The notes beneath the pieces were generated by a model that saw only the letters and a program-made list of their open reading frames with translations, was not told the origin of the DNA and did not search any database. A stretch of 33,712 nt of DNA, from contig JANOQV010000231.1 of assembly GCA_031414955.1 (NCBI GenBank), positions 1-33,712 on the forward strand, given 5' to 3'. Positions 1 through 11,859 of this stretch are shown in pieces (position 1 is the stretch's first letter; each line of letters opens with the position of its first letter). Source of the stretch: Pedosphaera sp. (GTDB lineage: Bacteria; Verrucomicrobiota; Verrucomicrobiia; Limisphaerales; SIBH01). The position numbers and the translations under genes are program-made.

Positions 1-147
1 TTTTGTTGGGGGGCACGCCCACGGGTAAAATGACCGTGGTGTGTTTGGTTTTCCCGCGGGCGGACCGCCGTGCCCGCGTTTTAAAATTCCGCCCCGTAAT
101 TGCCACACACACAATGGCGGGGCGTGGGGGGCCCGCGCTCCGTTGAC

Positions 148-867
148 ATGGCAAATCCATTCTACGTCGAAGGCGGGCAGCGCGGGGAGAAGGTCAACGA
201 CCTGTTCGCCAAGGTCGCTCCGCGCTACGACCTCATCAATGATCTCCAGAGCTTCGGATTACACCGCGTCTGGAAGCGTCGCCTGGTCCGCATGGCCAGC
301 GTAAAACACGGCGAACGCGCGCTCGATGTGTGCTGCGGCACGGGCGACATAGCCTTCGCCCTGGCCAGGGCGGGCGCCGAAGTGCAGGCCGTTGATTTCA
401 GTGAGGCCATGTTGGGCGTGGCGAGCGCTCGAATCTCAAATTTCAAATCTCAAATCTGCCATCCTCAATTCCACCACGGCGACGCCATGCAACTCGCCTT
501 CTCCGACAACTCCTTCGACCTGGTTACGGTCGGCTACGGCCTGCGTAATCTCCGCAGTTGGGAACAGGGCTTGCGCGAGATGCACCGCGTGGCCAAACCC
601 GGCGCGCGGCTGCTCGTGCTCGACTTCGGCAAGCCGGACAATGCCGCGCTACGTGCCCTCTACTTCACTTATTTGCGCTGGGTGGTGCCGGTCTTCGGCA
701 AGCTCTTTTGCGGAGACTCCGCCACGCACGCCTACATTCTCGAATCGCTCCAACCTTATCCCGCCCAGCGCGGCCTGGCTAAGGCGATGCATCAACTCGG
801 CTGCCACGACGTGCGGGTGGTGAACTTGATTGGCGGCGCCATGAGCATCAACTTCGGCGTGAAATGA
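148..867 (+). CDS. ubiE: UbiE/MenG family ubiquinone/menaquinone C-methyltransferase
   Basis: VAPRYDLINDLQSFGLHRVWK N-terminal signature, SAM motif LDVCCGTGD, GYGLRN motif. ATG at 148 preferred over the ORF-track start at 100. Confidence 0.9.
   Translation: MANPFYVEGGQRGEKVNDLFAKVAPRYDLINDLQSFGLHRVWKRRLVRMASVKHGERALDVCCGTGDIAFALARAGAEVQAVDFSEAMLGVASARISNFKSQICHPQFHHGDAMQLAFSDNSFDLVTVGYGLRNLRSWEQGLREMHRVAKPGARLLVLDFGKPDNAALRALYFTYLRWVVPVFGKLFCGDSATHAYILESLQPYPAQRGLAKAMHQLGCHDVRVVNLIGGAMSINFGVK
433..470. repeat. Heptamer tandem repeat inside ubiE, in frame
   Basis: ATCTCAA ATTTCAA ATCTCAA ATCTGCC ATCCTCA; an AT-rich patch in a GC-rich gene, encoding ISNFKSQICHPQ. Confidence 0.7.
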
Positions 868-1835
868 AAATCGCGGTCGTGGGTTGCGGGGCGCTCGGGA
901 GCTACTACGGAGCGAAGCTCAATCGCGACGGGCAGGAGGTTCACTTTCTCCTGCGCAGTGATTATGAAGTCGTGCGTCGCCGGGGAGTTGTCATCCGCAG
1001 CCCCGAGGGCGACTTCCATGTGAACCCCAAGTGCGCCCGTGCGCCCGAACAGATTGGCGTGTGCGACGTCGTGCTCATCGGGCTCAAGACCACGGCCAAC
1101 GAGCAGTTCGCCAAACTTCTTCCGCCGTTGGTCGATGACCACACCGCCCTGGTCACGTTGCAGAATGGCCTCGGCAATGAGGAACAACTCGCGAAGCTCT
1201 TCCCCGCACGGCAAATCCTCGGCGGCCTCTGCTTCGTCTGCCTGAACCGCCTGGAGCCGGGCGTTATCCAGCATCTCGCGCACGGCAAGATTGTCCTCGG
1301 CGAATTCTCCGGCTGGCCCGAACCGCGCACCCACGACCTCGCCTCAGCCTTCCGCCACTCCGGCGTGCCCTGCGATGTGACCGACGACTTGCGGCGCGCC
1401 CACTGGCAGAAACTGGTCTGGAACATTCCTTTCAACGGATTGGGGGTCGCGGCCGTGGCCGGATACGAAGCCAGTCTCGAGGGCGAGTTGCCACTTGACG
1501 CGACACTTTCCTCCTGTCGGCCCACCGATCAATTGCTCGACGGCGCGCGCTGGGAAACGCTGGTGCGGGAACTGATGCTCGAAGTAATCGCTGCGGCCAA
1601 CGTGCTGGGGCTTAAGATTGATCCAGGTTACGCGGACCATCAGATCGAGCGCACGCGCACCATGGGCGCGTATCGCGCCTCCACCCTGATTGATTTTGAG
1701 CGTGGCCAACCCCTCGAACTGGAGGCCCTGTTCCTGGAGCCGTTGCGCCAGGCACGCGCGGCGGAGGTTCCCACACCCCGACTGGAAGCGTTGGGCCGAC
1801 TATTGCAAGAGCTGGAGTTGCGCCTCTGCCTGTGA
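864..1835 (+). CDS. panE: 2-dehydropantoate 2-reductase (ketopantoate reductase, ApbA/PanE family)
   Basis: Rossmann motif VGCGALG, TLQNGLG, WQKLVWNIPFN, C-terminal STLIDF..G.PLE. ATGA overlap with the ubiE stop. Confidence 0.88.
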   Translation: MKIAVVGCGALGSYYGAKLNRDGQEVHFLLRSDYEVVRRRGVVIRSPEGDFHVNPKCARAPEQIGVCDVVLIGLKTTANEQFAKLLPPLVDDHTALVTLQNGLGNEEQLAKLFPARQILGGLCFVCLNRLEPGVIQHLAHGKIVLGEFSGWPEPRTHDLASAFRHSGVPCDVTDDLRRAHWQKLVWNIPFNGLGVAAVAGYEASLEGELPLDATLSSCRPTDQLLDGARWETLVRELMLEVIAAANVLGLKIDPGYADHQIERTRTMGAYRASTLIDFERGQPLELEALFLEPLRQARAAEVPTPRLEALGRLLQELELRLCL

Positions 1836-2054
1836 GCCTGGCGCTGCGGTCGCCCCTCCATCACCAAGCGGGCCGCCGCCGCCGCCAAAGGGACGGTGCT
1901 CTCGGTTACTCGCCGCGCTGCGCTCGAAATGGTGACTCGACAGAGTCTCACCCCTCCGCGCAGTCACTGCGACATGGCGCTTGATGAATTATTCAGCTAC
2001 CTGCTCAAACTCTTGGGCGTCCCCATAGCGATGCTTCTGCTCAGTCGCCCGCGC

Positions 2055-2083
2055 TTGACGCTCTGGGAGCACCCGCCTAGCGT
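2055..2083 (+). promoter_or_regulatory. Putative sigma70-type promoter for the riboswitch-thiC transcript
   Basis: TTGACG (2055-2060), 17 nt spacer, TAGCGT (2078-2083), ending just before the TPP aptamer. Confidence 0.55.
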
Positions 2084-2085
2084 CT

Positions 2086-4186
<2,101 letters not shown>

Positions 4187-4210
4187 CGCCCGGCGAAGCG
4201 CCAAGACAAT

Positions 4211-5317
4211 ATGAGCCACACAAAGACCATTCCCGTATCCGAACTGGCCGAGGGAACGCAGAAAACCGTGTCGATCGCGGCACAGGATGTTGCGCTCTTT
4301 CATCACGGCGGGAAAATCACCGCGCTCTGCGGCCCGTGCCCGCACAAGGGCGGCCCACTGGCCGAAGGAAACGTGGAACAGGGAGCGGACGGTGTGCGCC
4401 GCGTCGTGTGTCCTTGGCACGGTTGGCAGTTCGATATCGCGACTGGAAACTCGCCTGACGGTTCGGTGCGACAGGCGGTGCATGACGTGAAGATCGAGGA
4501 TGGCATGATCGCCGTGTCCGACACGCCTTCGATCCCTGCTGTGCTCCCTCCGAAACGTGACGATCCGCTGGCCGACCTGCGGAATCTGGCCTACCAAACT
4601 ACGCCCACGTCGCTGAATGTTCTGGGCATTTCCACCACGAACATGGGGACGCAACTGGAACGCTATTCGACAAGTGAAGCGGCCTTGGAAAAGGCGCTCC
4701 AGCATGCTGCGGCCGAACACGGGGCAGCCACGCGCATGATCAAACTGCGCGAACTGGGCTTCCGTCATTGCGAGGGTTACTACAGCCATTCCGCGAGCGC
4801 CTGCACATGGCCGTGTTCCATCATGGAGCAGGATGCCACCGACGGAATGAGCCAGGTCTACCGGGACATGGTCTTGTGGGCCGATGTGGTGCTCCTCTCC
4901 ACGCCCATCCGTTGGGGCAACGCCTCGTCGCTCTACTACAAGATGGCCGAGCGGCTAAATTGCGTGCAAAACCAGATCACCCTCAACGACCGCGTGCTGA
5001 TCCAGTCGAAGGTGGCCGCTTTCATTGTCACGGGCGGACAGGACAACATCCAGGCCGTGGTCGGGCAGTTGAGCACGTTTTTCACCGACCTGGGATTCAC
5101 CTTTCCGCCGTTCAACTTTGTCGGCTGGAGCCGCGGCTGGATCGCCGAGGACATGGAGAACAACGTCGCTCAGTTCAAGAAGAGCCGATACCTGACGCGC
5201 ACCCTCAAAGAGCTCGTCGCCAACAGCGTCATGCTCTCCCGGCAGATCAAGGGGATCGACAACTCGAAAATCAAAGCGCCCAAACCTCATGTTAGCGACT
5301 CGCGTCCGCTGAAATGA
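4211..5317 (+). CDS. Rieske [2Fe-2S] ferredoxin fused to a flavodoxin-fold FMN-binding domain (NADPH-dependent FMN reductase / iron-sulfur flavoprotein-like)
   Basis: Rieske ligands CPH...CPWH. C-terminal part has VLGISTTN, CEGYYS..ACTWPC, ADVVLLSTPIRWG and KVAAFIVTGGQD. Confidence 0.85.
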   Translation: MSHTKTIPVSELAEGTQKTVSIAAQDVALFHHGGKITALCGPCPHKGGPLAEGNVEQGADGVRRVVCPWHGWQFDIATGNSPDGSVRQAVHDVKIEDGMIAVSDTPSIPAVLPPKRDDPLADLRNLAYQTTPTSLNVLGISTTNMGTQLERYSTSEAALEKALQHAAAEHGAATRMIKLRELGFRHCEGYYSHSASACTWPCSIMEQDATDGMSQVYRDMVLWADVVLLSTPIRWGNASSLYYKMAERLNCVQNQITLNDRVLIQSKVAAFIVTGGQDNIQAVVGQLSTFFTDLGFTFPPFNFVGWSRGWIAEDMENNVAQFKKSRYLTRTLKELVANSVMLSRQIKGIDNSKIKAPKPHVSDSRPLK

Positions 5318-5321
5318 GAGT

Positions 5322-5897
5322 ATGGCCGCTCGCACCAGCAACAAAATGCAGCTGTCCCCAAAACAACGGGAGGAACTGCTCGGCGCGTTGAAAGACCGCT
5401 TTGAGAACAACCTGAACCGCCCTAGAGGTCTGGATTGGGCCAAGGTGCAGGCGCGGTTGGAGGCCAAGCCGGACAAGCTGTGGTCGCTCGCGGAAATGGA
5501 ACGCACCGGCGGCGAACCGGATATTGTCGGTCATGACAAGAAATCGGGCGAATTCGTTTTCATGGATTGCGCGCCGGAAAGTCCGGCCGGGCGGCGCGGC
5601 GTTTGTTACGATCACGAGGGCTGGTTCTCGCGGAAGGAGGCGCGTCCGAAAACCACGGCGATGGACTTGGCGGCGGAGATGGGCATCGCGCTGTTGACCG
5701 AGGAGGAATACCTCTCGCTGCAAAAGCTTGGCGAGTTCGACACGAAGACTTCGAGCTGGATCGCGACCCCGGCGGACATCCGCGAACGCGGCGGAGCGTT
5801 GTATGCGGAGCGCCGCTACGGCCGCATCTTCATCGGCCACAACGGCGCGCAGTCTTACTATGCGGTGCGGGGATTTCGCGGCGCGCTGAAGGTCTGA
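5322..5897 (+). CDS. DUF4256 family protein
   Basis: Recognised motifs KLWSLAEMERTGGEPD, ESPAGRR.VCYD, FDTKTSSW and HNGAQSYYA.RGFRG.L.V. Alternative start at ATG 5346. Confidence 0.85.
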   Translation: MAARTSNKMQLSPKQREELLGALKDRFENNLNRPRGLDWAKVQARLEAKPDKLWSLAEMERTGGEPDIVGHDKKSGEFVFMDCAPESPAGRRGVCYDHEGWFSRKEARPKTTAMDLAAEMGIALLTEEEYLSLQKLGEFDTKTSSWIATPADIRERGGALYAERRYGRIFIGHNGAQSYYAVRGFRGALKV

Positions 5898-5904
5898 GCC
5901 ATTT

Positions 5905-6014
5905 GCCACAGAGAAGCAGAGGCACAGAGATCTGGGCCGCATTGGTATTTCCGGAATAGTTGAGAATGTTTGCACCTGTCCGCAGTGAACTCTGTGTCTC
6001 GGCACCTCTGTGGC
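5905..6014. repeat. Intergenic CACAGAG/CTCTGTG inverted-repeat element
   Basis: GCCACAGAGAAGCAGAGGCACAGAG (5905-5929) pairs imperfectly with CTCTGTGTCTCGGCACCTCTGTGGC (5990-6014) around a 60 nt spacer. Confidence 0.8.
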
Positions 6015-6057
6015 TCCCCTCATTTCCTTTCAGGTTAATCCGTGACATTCTGTGCAC

Positions 6058-6519
6058 ATGAAAATACTTCAAGGTTATCGACTCATCACACCGGGCGATC
6101 TGCACTGGCGGCCGTCCAATCTGATGAAGATTCCGAACGCGGATTTTCTGGAGCGCACCGGGAGCGAGAACATGGGCGCGCGGCTCTGGCGGTTGCCGCC
6201 CCGGCGCGCGAACACGCTGCACAAGCACATCCGCACCGAGGAATTTTATTTCGTGCTGGAAGGCACAGGCCGCCTGCGTGTTGGCGACGAGACTTTGACG
6301 GTGCCCAAATACGGCGGCGTGCTGGTCGGCCCAGACCAGTTGCGCCAGGTGTTCAACGACACCGATGCCGAGGTGCTCTGGCTCATCATCGGCGCGCCGG
6401 AGGAGTTGGAATTTCTGCAAGGCTCAAAGTCCCAGATGGACCTCTCGCTCATCTACCCGACGGACCCAACGCAATTGCCCAAGGAACTCGCGGGCGTGGT
6501 GTGGCCGCCGAAGGGTTGA
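6058..6519 (+). CDS. Cupin domain protein
   Basis: Cupin motif 1 LHKH...EEFYFVLEGTG and motif 2-like VGPDQLRQVFN. ATG at 6058. Confidence 0.85.
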   Translation: MKILQGYRLITPGDLHWRPSNLMKIPNADFLERTGSENMGARLWRLPPRRANTLHKHIRTEEFYFVLEGTGRLRVGDETLTVPKYGGVLVGPDQLRQVFNDTDAEVLWLIIGAPEELEFLQGSKSQMDLSLIYPTDPTQLPKELAGVVWPPKG

Positions 6520-6576
6520 AGCGCACTTGAATTAAATCACTTCCATCGCCGGCGCGAAGAGAGTGTAGATCCGTTT

Positions 6577-6858
6577 ATGCCATACGTGCTCATCATCCAT
6601 GAAGTCGCCGATTATCCGGCTTGGAAGAAAGTCTTCGATACCGCCGCCGGCATCCGCAAAGAGGCGGGTGAGCGTTCGTATCAGGTTTTGAAATTCGAAA
6701 CGGACGCGAACAAGATCGTTCACTTCTCGGCCTGGACTTCGATTGCGGAGGCAAAGGCCTTCTTTGAATCCCCGCGTCTGGTGAAAATCCGCCACGAGGC
6801 TGGGGTGAAGGCCCCGGAGTTCATCTTTCTCGAACAACTCGAAGCCGGCACGCTGTGA
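6577..6858 (+). CDS. Small dimeric alpha-beta barrel protein (antibiotic biosynthesis monooxygenase-like)
   Basis: 93 aa with the HEVADYPAWKKVFD...W.S...AKAFFESP pattern typical of ABM/cyclase-like proteins. Confidence 0.7.
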   Translation: MPYVLIIHEVADYPAWKKVFDTAAGIRKEAGERSYQVLKFETDANKIVHFSAWTSIAEAKAFFESPRLVKIRHEAGVKAPEFIFLEQLEAGTL

Positions 6859-6888
6859 TCGGCTGCGGCCCCATCGAACGATACAAAG

Positions 6889-7350
6889 TTAGATCTTCTC
6901 CCAAGCGCGTTCAGCCACCGGGTCGCGGCCTTCGTCATACTCGATGTGGTCGATGATGGTCTCGATGGGTTTGCCGCTGAGGCCGCTGTCTTGGATGCGC
7001 TGGGGCAACACTGCGGAGCGTTCGTCGCGCCAGCCGAGTTTCGCGATGAAACGGTTCCAGATGTGGCATTCCTCATCGGTGCGCACCGTGCCGCGGGCCT
7101 GGACCCAGGCAAGAATGTCATCGTCGGTCCCGCCTTCGAGGGCGCGCGATTGGATCTCGGCATACGTCACCCCGAGAAAACGGCAGCATCGTCCATCTAG
7201 CGTATAGAACTGTGCGTCGCCCAGCAGGGGGACATAATCCGCCGGCAGCTTTCCTTGGGCATGCAGGCGAATCTTATCCAGCATCCGGCCAAAGTAGATG
7301 AGGCGGCCAACCTTGGCGTAGCAACTGCGGAGGCCGGGAACGTAAGGCAT
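6889..7350 (-). CDS. DUF5069 family protein
   Basis: LRS...KVG.L.YFGRMLDKIRLHA.G.LP.DY and D...C.FLGV.Y pattern. Start at ATG 7350 (MPYVPG). Confidence 0.8.
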   Translation of the reverse strand: MPYVPGLRSCYAKVGRLIYFGRMLDKIRLHAQGKLPADYVPLLGDAQFYTLDGRCCRFLGVTYAEIQSRALEGGTDDDILAWVQARGTVRTDEECHIWNRFIAKLGWRDERSAVLPQRIQDSGLSGKPIETIIDHIEYDEGRDPVAERAWEKI

Positions 7351-7454
7351 GGCGACAGTTTGCACCGCAGAAGTGCTTTTGCAATCACTCGCCTGAATGT
7401 CCAGCGCAGTGGGACCAGGTCGAAGACAGGAATCAATGAAACCCATTCAAAGTT

Positions 7455-7610
7455 ACTCATGAGTAAGAGACGAACCCATCTTGTTTGTTTGGTCTTCACG
7501 TCCGCGAATTCAGTCTGGCGTCGTTCTGCCCGTTCCGCTTCCAAAGTCCAAGAATCGACTGCTTGCGCCCGTCGAGGACTTTGGTGAACCTAGCTCCGTG
7601 AGATTGAAGG
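7455..7610 (-). pseudogene. Probable frameshifted N-terminal remnant of a tyrosine integrase
   Basis: One frame reads RFTKVLDGRKQSILGLWKRNG..ARL and an adjacent frame continues KTKQTRWVRL. From memory this resembles N-termini of verrucomicrobial integrases. It lies next to a tRNA and no catalytic domain follows. Confidence 0.5.
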
Positions 7611-7748
7611 TCTGTGCGGCTGCTTTTTTGCCCCTTGTTCTGTCTGAACCGGTTCCGGCTGCTGGCGTGCCGAAACTGCAGCACCATCAGTTGCCCAGGC
7701 TTCAATCGTGGTCCCAGACATTCACTGATGACCCGCAAACATAAGGTG

Positions 7749-7836
7749 GCCGGTGTGGCGAAATGGCAGACGCACGGGACTTAAAATCCCGGGACTGTAA
7801 AAAGTCGTGCGGGTTCGAGTCCCGCCACCGGCACCA
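7749..7836 (+). tRNA. tRNA-Leu (anticodon TAA)
   Basis: Acceptor GCCGGTG/CACCGGC plus ACCA, D-arm with TGG, anticodon arm CGGGA-CTTAAAA-TCCCG, long variable arm, T-loop GTTCGAGTC. Confidence 0.97.
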
Positions 7837-7904
7837 ACTGGGCAGTGGTCGTGATGCCAGGGATGACCTATGGAGGCTGGGAAGGACGCACGTAGGCAAC
7901 CCGA

Positions 7905-10520
7905 CTAACGCGCCACGCCGCGAATCACCACCAGCCTTAGCACCGGCTCGGCAGCGGCGCGCGAGGCCGCCAGGTCCACCTGAAACTCCGCCACCCAGTC
8001 GTTGTGCCCGTCGGCATCGACCAGCACTTGCTCCACCCGCCACGACTGCTTGTCCTCGGCCGGAATCACATAGGTGTGCCGCGCGTTGCGGGCCTCGGGG
8101 TCGAGGCGGATGTCGGTGTGCCCGGAGTAATAGTCCTTGAGTCGCTGCCCCAATTCACTCGTGGTCCACGGCAGGCCGTCGGGCTTCTCCAAGGAACTGA
8201 GATGCGCCAGCGCCCCTTCCAGATCGTCGTTCACCACGCCGCGCAGGAAGCTGAACACTCGCGTCCGAATCGCGGATGTGAACACCTTTGCGTCGCGCGT
8301 CACATCACGGGCTGCTTCCTCGGCCCCAGGCGGGCGCACCTCTTTTTGCTCGGAGCGCGGCACGTAACTCGGATCGCGCATCCGCTCCCATTCTTCCAGC
8401 AGGCTGGAGTCGGTCTGTCGGACCATCAGCCGCAGGTATTCTTCCAGTTCACGCAACGGCTCGTTCTTGACCGCGTCCGGCACAGTCTGGATCAGCACCT
8501 TGAACACGCTGTTGATGTGGCGCAGCAATACGCCTTCCGCGCGCTGCAACTCATATTCCTTGATGTAGTCGCCGAAGGATCGGAATTGCTCGTACATCTC
8601 GCGCACAATGGACTTGGGCCGGATATTTTCCTGCCCGACCCACGGATGTTTGAGCGCGAACGCATTGAAGGTGGCATAGACGAATTCACGGTTGGGCTTG
8701 GGATGCTCGCACTTCTCCAACTCCTCCAGGCGGTCCTGATATTCGACGCCCTCCGCCTTCATCTCGGCCATCTTCTGATCCTTCACCCGGTCGAGTTGCT
8801 TGCGCAGCACGAAGTCCGGATCCTCGAGAATGGATTCCACCAGCGTGACGAGTTCCAGCGCGTAGCCGGGTGAATCCGGGTTGAGCAGCGGAATTGTCTC
8901 CAGCAGATAGAGCGACAAGGTCTGGTTCATCGAGAAGTTCTCCGGCAGCTCGACGTTAATGCGCAGTTTACGGGCGCTCGCCACGCCTGGCTCGGCCCGA
9001 TGGTCGTCAACTCCCTCCGGCCGAGCCAGGCCTGGCGCGCGGCGCGGGTTGATGAACTCCACGATCCCTTGCTCCACCAGCGCGCGAAACAACTGCCAGC
9101 CACGTTTGAGGTGCGCCTGCTTCTGCTTCGGCGATTCATGGGAGCGCGCAATCAACTCTCGCATGGCCCGGCAACCATCGCCCTCGCGGCTCAACACGTT
9201 CAACAGCATCCCGTGCGAGACCGCGAAGCGCGACTGCAGCCGCTCCGGCGGTGCCGCGATGAGTCGCGCGAAGGTCTGCTTGTCCCAGTTCACGAAGTTC
9301 TTCTCCGGCGGCTGGCGCTTGACGGTCTTCTTCCCGTCCCGCTTCGACTTCTCCTCCAGCTTCAAGTTCTCGACTACATGCTCCGGTGCCTGCGCCACGA
9401 CCCAACCGACATCGTCGAACCCTTTACGCCCGGCGCGTCCGCCGATCTGATGAAAATCCCGCGCGGTGAGGAGGCCGGTCTTCTGCCCGTCGAACTTGCA
9501 GAGCTTGGTGAAGAGCACGGTGCGAATCGGCACGTTGATGCCCACGCCCAGAGTGTCCGTACCACAGATGACCTTGAGCAAACCTTGCTGGGCCAGTTGC
9601 TCCACCAGCACGCGATACTTCGGCAGCAGCCCGGCGTGATGCAGCCCGATGCCGTGCCGCAGCCAGCGTTTAAGCTCCGGCCCGTAGGGGCTGTTGAACT
9701 TGAACCCATCGAGAGCGCGCGCGAGGATGGCCTTCTCCTCCTTGGAACAGACATTGATGCTCGTGAAATCCTGCGCGCTTTGCGCCGCCTCCAGTTGCGT
9801 GAAGTGGACGACATAGACGGGAACCTTCTTCTCCGCCACCAGCGTTTCGAGGGTCGTGGCCAGTGGCAGGTCGGAGTAACGATGCTCCAACGGCACCGGA
9901 CGATCCTTGGATGATACTGTGACCGTCGGCAGGCTATTCAGCTTCGTCAGTTCCCCCTCGAAGAACGCCGTCTCCCCGAGCGTGGCCGACATGAGCAGAA
10001 ATCGCGTCCGCGCCAGGGTGAGCAATGGCACCTGCCAGGCTCCGCCCCGCTCGCGGTCCGAGTAGTAATGAAATTCATCCATCACCACGTCGTCCGCGTC
10101 CGCGTCCGGGCCGTCCCGCAAAGCCATGTTCGCCAGAATCTCCGCCGTGCAGCAGAGGATGGGCGCATCGCGATTCACCGTCGCGTCGCCCGTGCTCAGC
10201 CCCACGTTGTCGGGACCGAACTCGCGGCACAGCGCCATCCACTTCTCGTTCACCAGCGCCTTGATCGGGCAGGTATAAACTGAGCGCCTGCCCTCGGCCA
10301 GCGACTGGAAATGCAGCGCCGAGGCCACCAGCGATTTTCCCGAACCGGTGGGCGTGTTCAGGATCACGTTGCGCCCCTCGAATAGTTCCAGGATCGCCGC
10401 CTCTTGCGCCGGATAAAGCTCCAGCTTGCGGCCGGTCACGTAATCCAGAAACCGGCCCAGCAACGCATCGCTGCTGGCCGGACCCGGAGGCGGAAGAAAA
10501 TCAGAAAGTGTCGCTGCCAC
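7905..10520 (-). CDS. Ski2/HelY-like DExH-box superfamily II helicase with DUF3516-type C-terminus
   Basis: Walker [50 protein letters not shown] start. Confidence 0.92.
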   Translation of the reverse strand: MAATLSDFLPPPGPASSDALLGRFLDYVTGRKLELYPAQEAAILELFEGRNVILNTPTGSGKSLVASALHFQSLAEGRRSVYTCPIKALVNEKWMALCREFGPDNVGLSTGDATVNRDAPILCCTAEILANMALRDGPDADADDVVMDEFHYYSDRERGGAWQVPLLTLARTRFLLMSATLGETAFFEGELTKLNSLPTVTVSSKDRPVPLEHRYSDLPLATTLETLVAEKKVPVYVVHFTQLEAAQSAQDFTSINVCSKEEKAILARALDGFKFNSPYGPELKRWLRHGIGLHHAGLLPKYRVLVEQLAQQGLLKVICGTDTLGVGINVPIRTVLFTKLCKFDGQKTGLLTARDFHQIGGRAGRKGFDDVGWVVAQAPEHVVENLKLEEKSKRDGKKTVKRQPPEKNFVNWDKQTFARLIAAPPERLQSRFAVSHGMLLNVLSREGDGCRAMRELIARSHESPKQKQAHLKRGWQLFRALVEQGIVEFINPRRAPGLARPEGVDDHRAEPGVASARKLRINVELPENFSMNQTLSLYLLETIPLLNPDSPGYALELVTLVESILEDPDFVLRKQLDRVKDQKMAEMKAEGVEYQDRLEELEKCEHPKPNREFVYATFNAFALKHPWVGQENIRPKSIVREMYEQFRSFGDYIKEYELQRAEGVLLRHINSVFKVLIQTVPDAVKNEPLRELEEYLRLMVRQTDSSLLEEWERMRDPSYVPRSEQKEVRPPGAEEAARDVTRDAKVFTSAIRTRVFSFLRGVVNDDLEGALAHLSSLEKPDGLPWTTSELGQRLKDYYSGHTDIRLDPEARNARHTYVIPAEDKQSWRVEQVLVDADGHNDWVAEFQVDLAASRAAAEPVLRLVVIRGVAR
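8979..9037. repeat. REP-like palindrome inside the helicase CDS
   Basis: CGCCACGCCTGGCTCGGCC (8979-8997) and GGCCGAGCCAGGCCTGGCG (9019-9037) are 18/19 complementary. Confidence 0.75.
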
Positions 10521-10612
10521 GAGACGCGGACTTTAGGGAGCCAAAGCGCGCAGGGAAAGCAAAGTGGTGGAAACCCATGCGCCTCACGGAGCACGGGGCA
10601 CTCGCTCCCGGC

Positions 10613-11686
10613 TCACAAATCCACCCATTGCTTCAACTCCGCCGAGCGCACGGCGGCATCCATGACCTGCTGGGCGCGCGCTCCATCGTGGAAGTCCGGC
10701 GTGCAGGGACGCTGGGCACGGATGGCGTCGATGAATTCCCAGGCCTGATCGTAGCGGAAGGTGATGAGGGGATCGCCCTGCCCCGGATCGCGCGGCGAGC
10801 CGGGAATCTTCCAGAACTCGCGGGGAATCTCGATGGTCTCAAGACCGGGACCGCCCGCCTTGCCGGTCTGAAGCGTGTTCCACGAGCCGGTGGTGAAGAC
10901 GTAGGAACGCTCACTGCCGTTAATCTCCACGTAGTCGAGACTGCGCCAGCTTTCGTTGCGGCCACTCGCGAGCTTGCTGCTCTCCTGCACGCCGGTCGCA
11001 CCGTTCTGGAACTCGGCCAGAATGGCCACCCAGTCGTCGGTGTCATTGGGAAAACCGTCGCGCATGGGGGTGAGGTTTTTGGTGTTGGCCACGAGACGCT
11101 TGATCGGCCCGACAAGGTGGTGCGCGAAATCGATGCGGTGCGAGAGCATGTCGCCGAGTTCGCCGGTGCCGGCAAGTTTCTTGACCTGTCGCCAGCCGAG
11201 GTTGCGCGTACCCCAGTCCTGCAACCGGCACGACCGGTAATGATAGGGCGTGCCCAAATCGCCGCGCGTGATGAGATGCGAGAGGTAGCGCATGGAAGGC
11301 ACGAAGCGATAAGTGAAAGCGGTCATGTGGCGCACACCGGCGCGGTCGGCGGCGTCGGCCATGCCTTTGGCGTCGGGGTAGTTCAGCGCGAGCGGCTTCT
11401 CGCTCAGCACATGTTTGCCGGCGGCGATGGCGGCGTGGGCAATAGGCGGGTGGGCAAGGTTCGGCGTGGCGATGATGACGGCGTGGACGTCATCGCGCCG
11501 CACGATGTCCTGATAATCCGTGGAGGTGACGGTGACGCCGGTCTGCGAGCGTGCGGTGTCGAGACAGGCCTGGTTGGTGTCGCAAAGGGCGACGACCTTC
11601 ACGTCCGGGCAGAGGGCGAGTCCGGGAAGATGATTCTGTAGCGCGATGCCGCCGCAGCCGATGATGGCAATGCCAAGTGGTTTCAT
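10613..11686 (-). CDS. Gfo/Idh/MocA family NAD(P)-dependent oxidoreductase
   Basis: IAIIGCGGIA, ATPN..H, KHVLSEKPLA, GELGDMLSHRID. Start at ATG 11686; the longer ORF-track extension runs through a repeat. Confidence 0.92.
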   Translation of the reverse strand: MKPLGIAIIGCGGIALQNHLPGLALCPDVKVVALCDTNQACLDTARSQTGVTVTSTDYQDIVRRDDVHAVIIATPNLAHPPIAHAAIAAGKHVLSEKPLALNYPDAKGMADAADRAGVRHMTAFTYRFVPSMRYLSHLITRGDLGTPYHYRSCRLQDWGTRNLGWRQVKKLAGTGELGDMLSHRIDFAHHLVGPIKRLVANTKNLTPMRDGFPNDTDDWVAILAEFQNGATGVQESSKLASGRNESWRSLDYVEINGSERSYVFTTGSWNTLQTGKAGGPGLETIEIPREFWKIPGSPRDPGQGDPLITFRYDQAWEFIDAIRAQRPCTPDFHDGARAQQVMDAAVRSAELKQWVDL

Positions 11687-11716
11687 TTTATGCGGGGCGG
11701 AATATGAAGGCGGAAA

Positions 11717-11842
11717 GATCCAAAATCCAAGACCCAAGATCCAAGATCCAGAGAAGCTCCAATAACCAAACATCAATCCGACGCGTTCCTTATTGAAGCT
11801 TGGTGTTTGGTGCTTCGCTGGATCTTGGGTCTTGGATCTTTG
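11717..11842. repeat. Heptamer-array inverted repeat element, copy 1 (intergenic)
   Basis: GATCCAA AATCCAA GACCCAA GATCCAA GATCCAG-AGAA-GCTCCAA TAACCAA ACATCAA, a loop, then TTGAAGC TTGGTGT TTGGTGC-TTCG-CTGGATC TTGGGTC TTGGATC. Confidence 0.9.
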
Positions 11843-11859
11843 TCCTCCGACGTTGGCTC

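Noticed and set aside
1..147. Possible ORF or regulatory structure at the 5' end
   Set aside because: Homopolymer-rich, low-complexity sequence typical of a poor-quality contig end.
7749..7836. bldA-like regulation by tRNA-Leu(TAA)
   Set aside because: In-frame TTA codons occur in housekeeping genes such as thiG and queD as well as accessory genes, so they are not restricted to a regulon.
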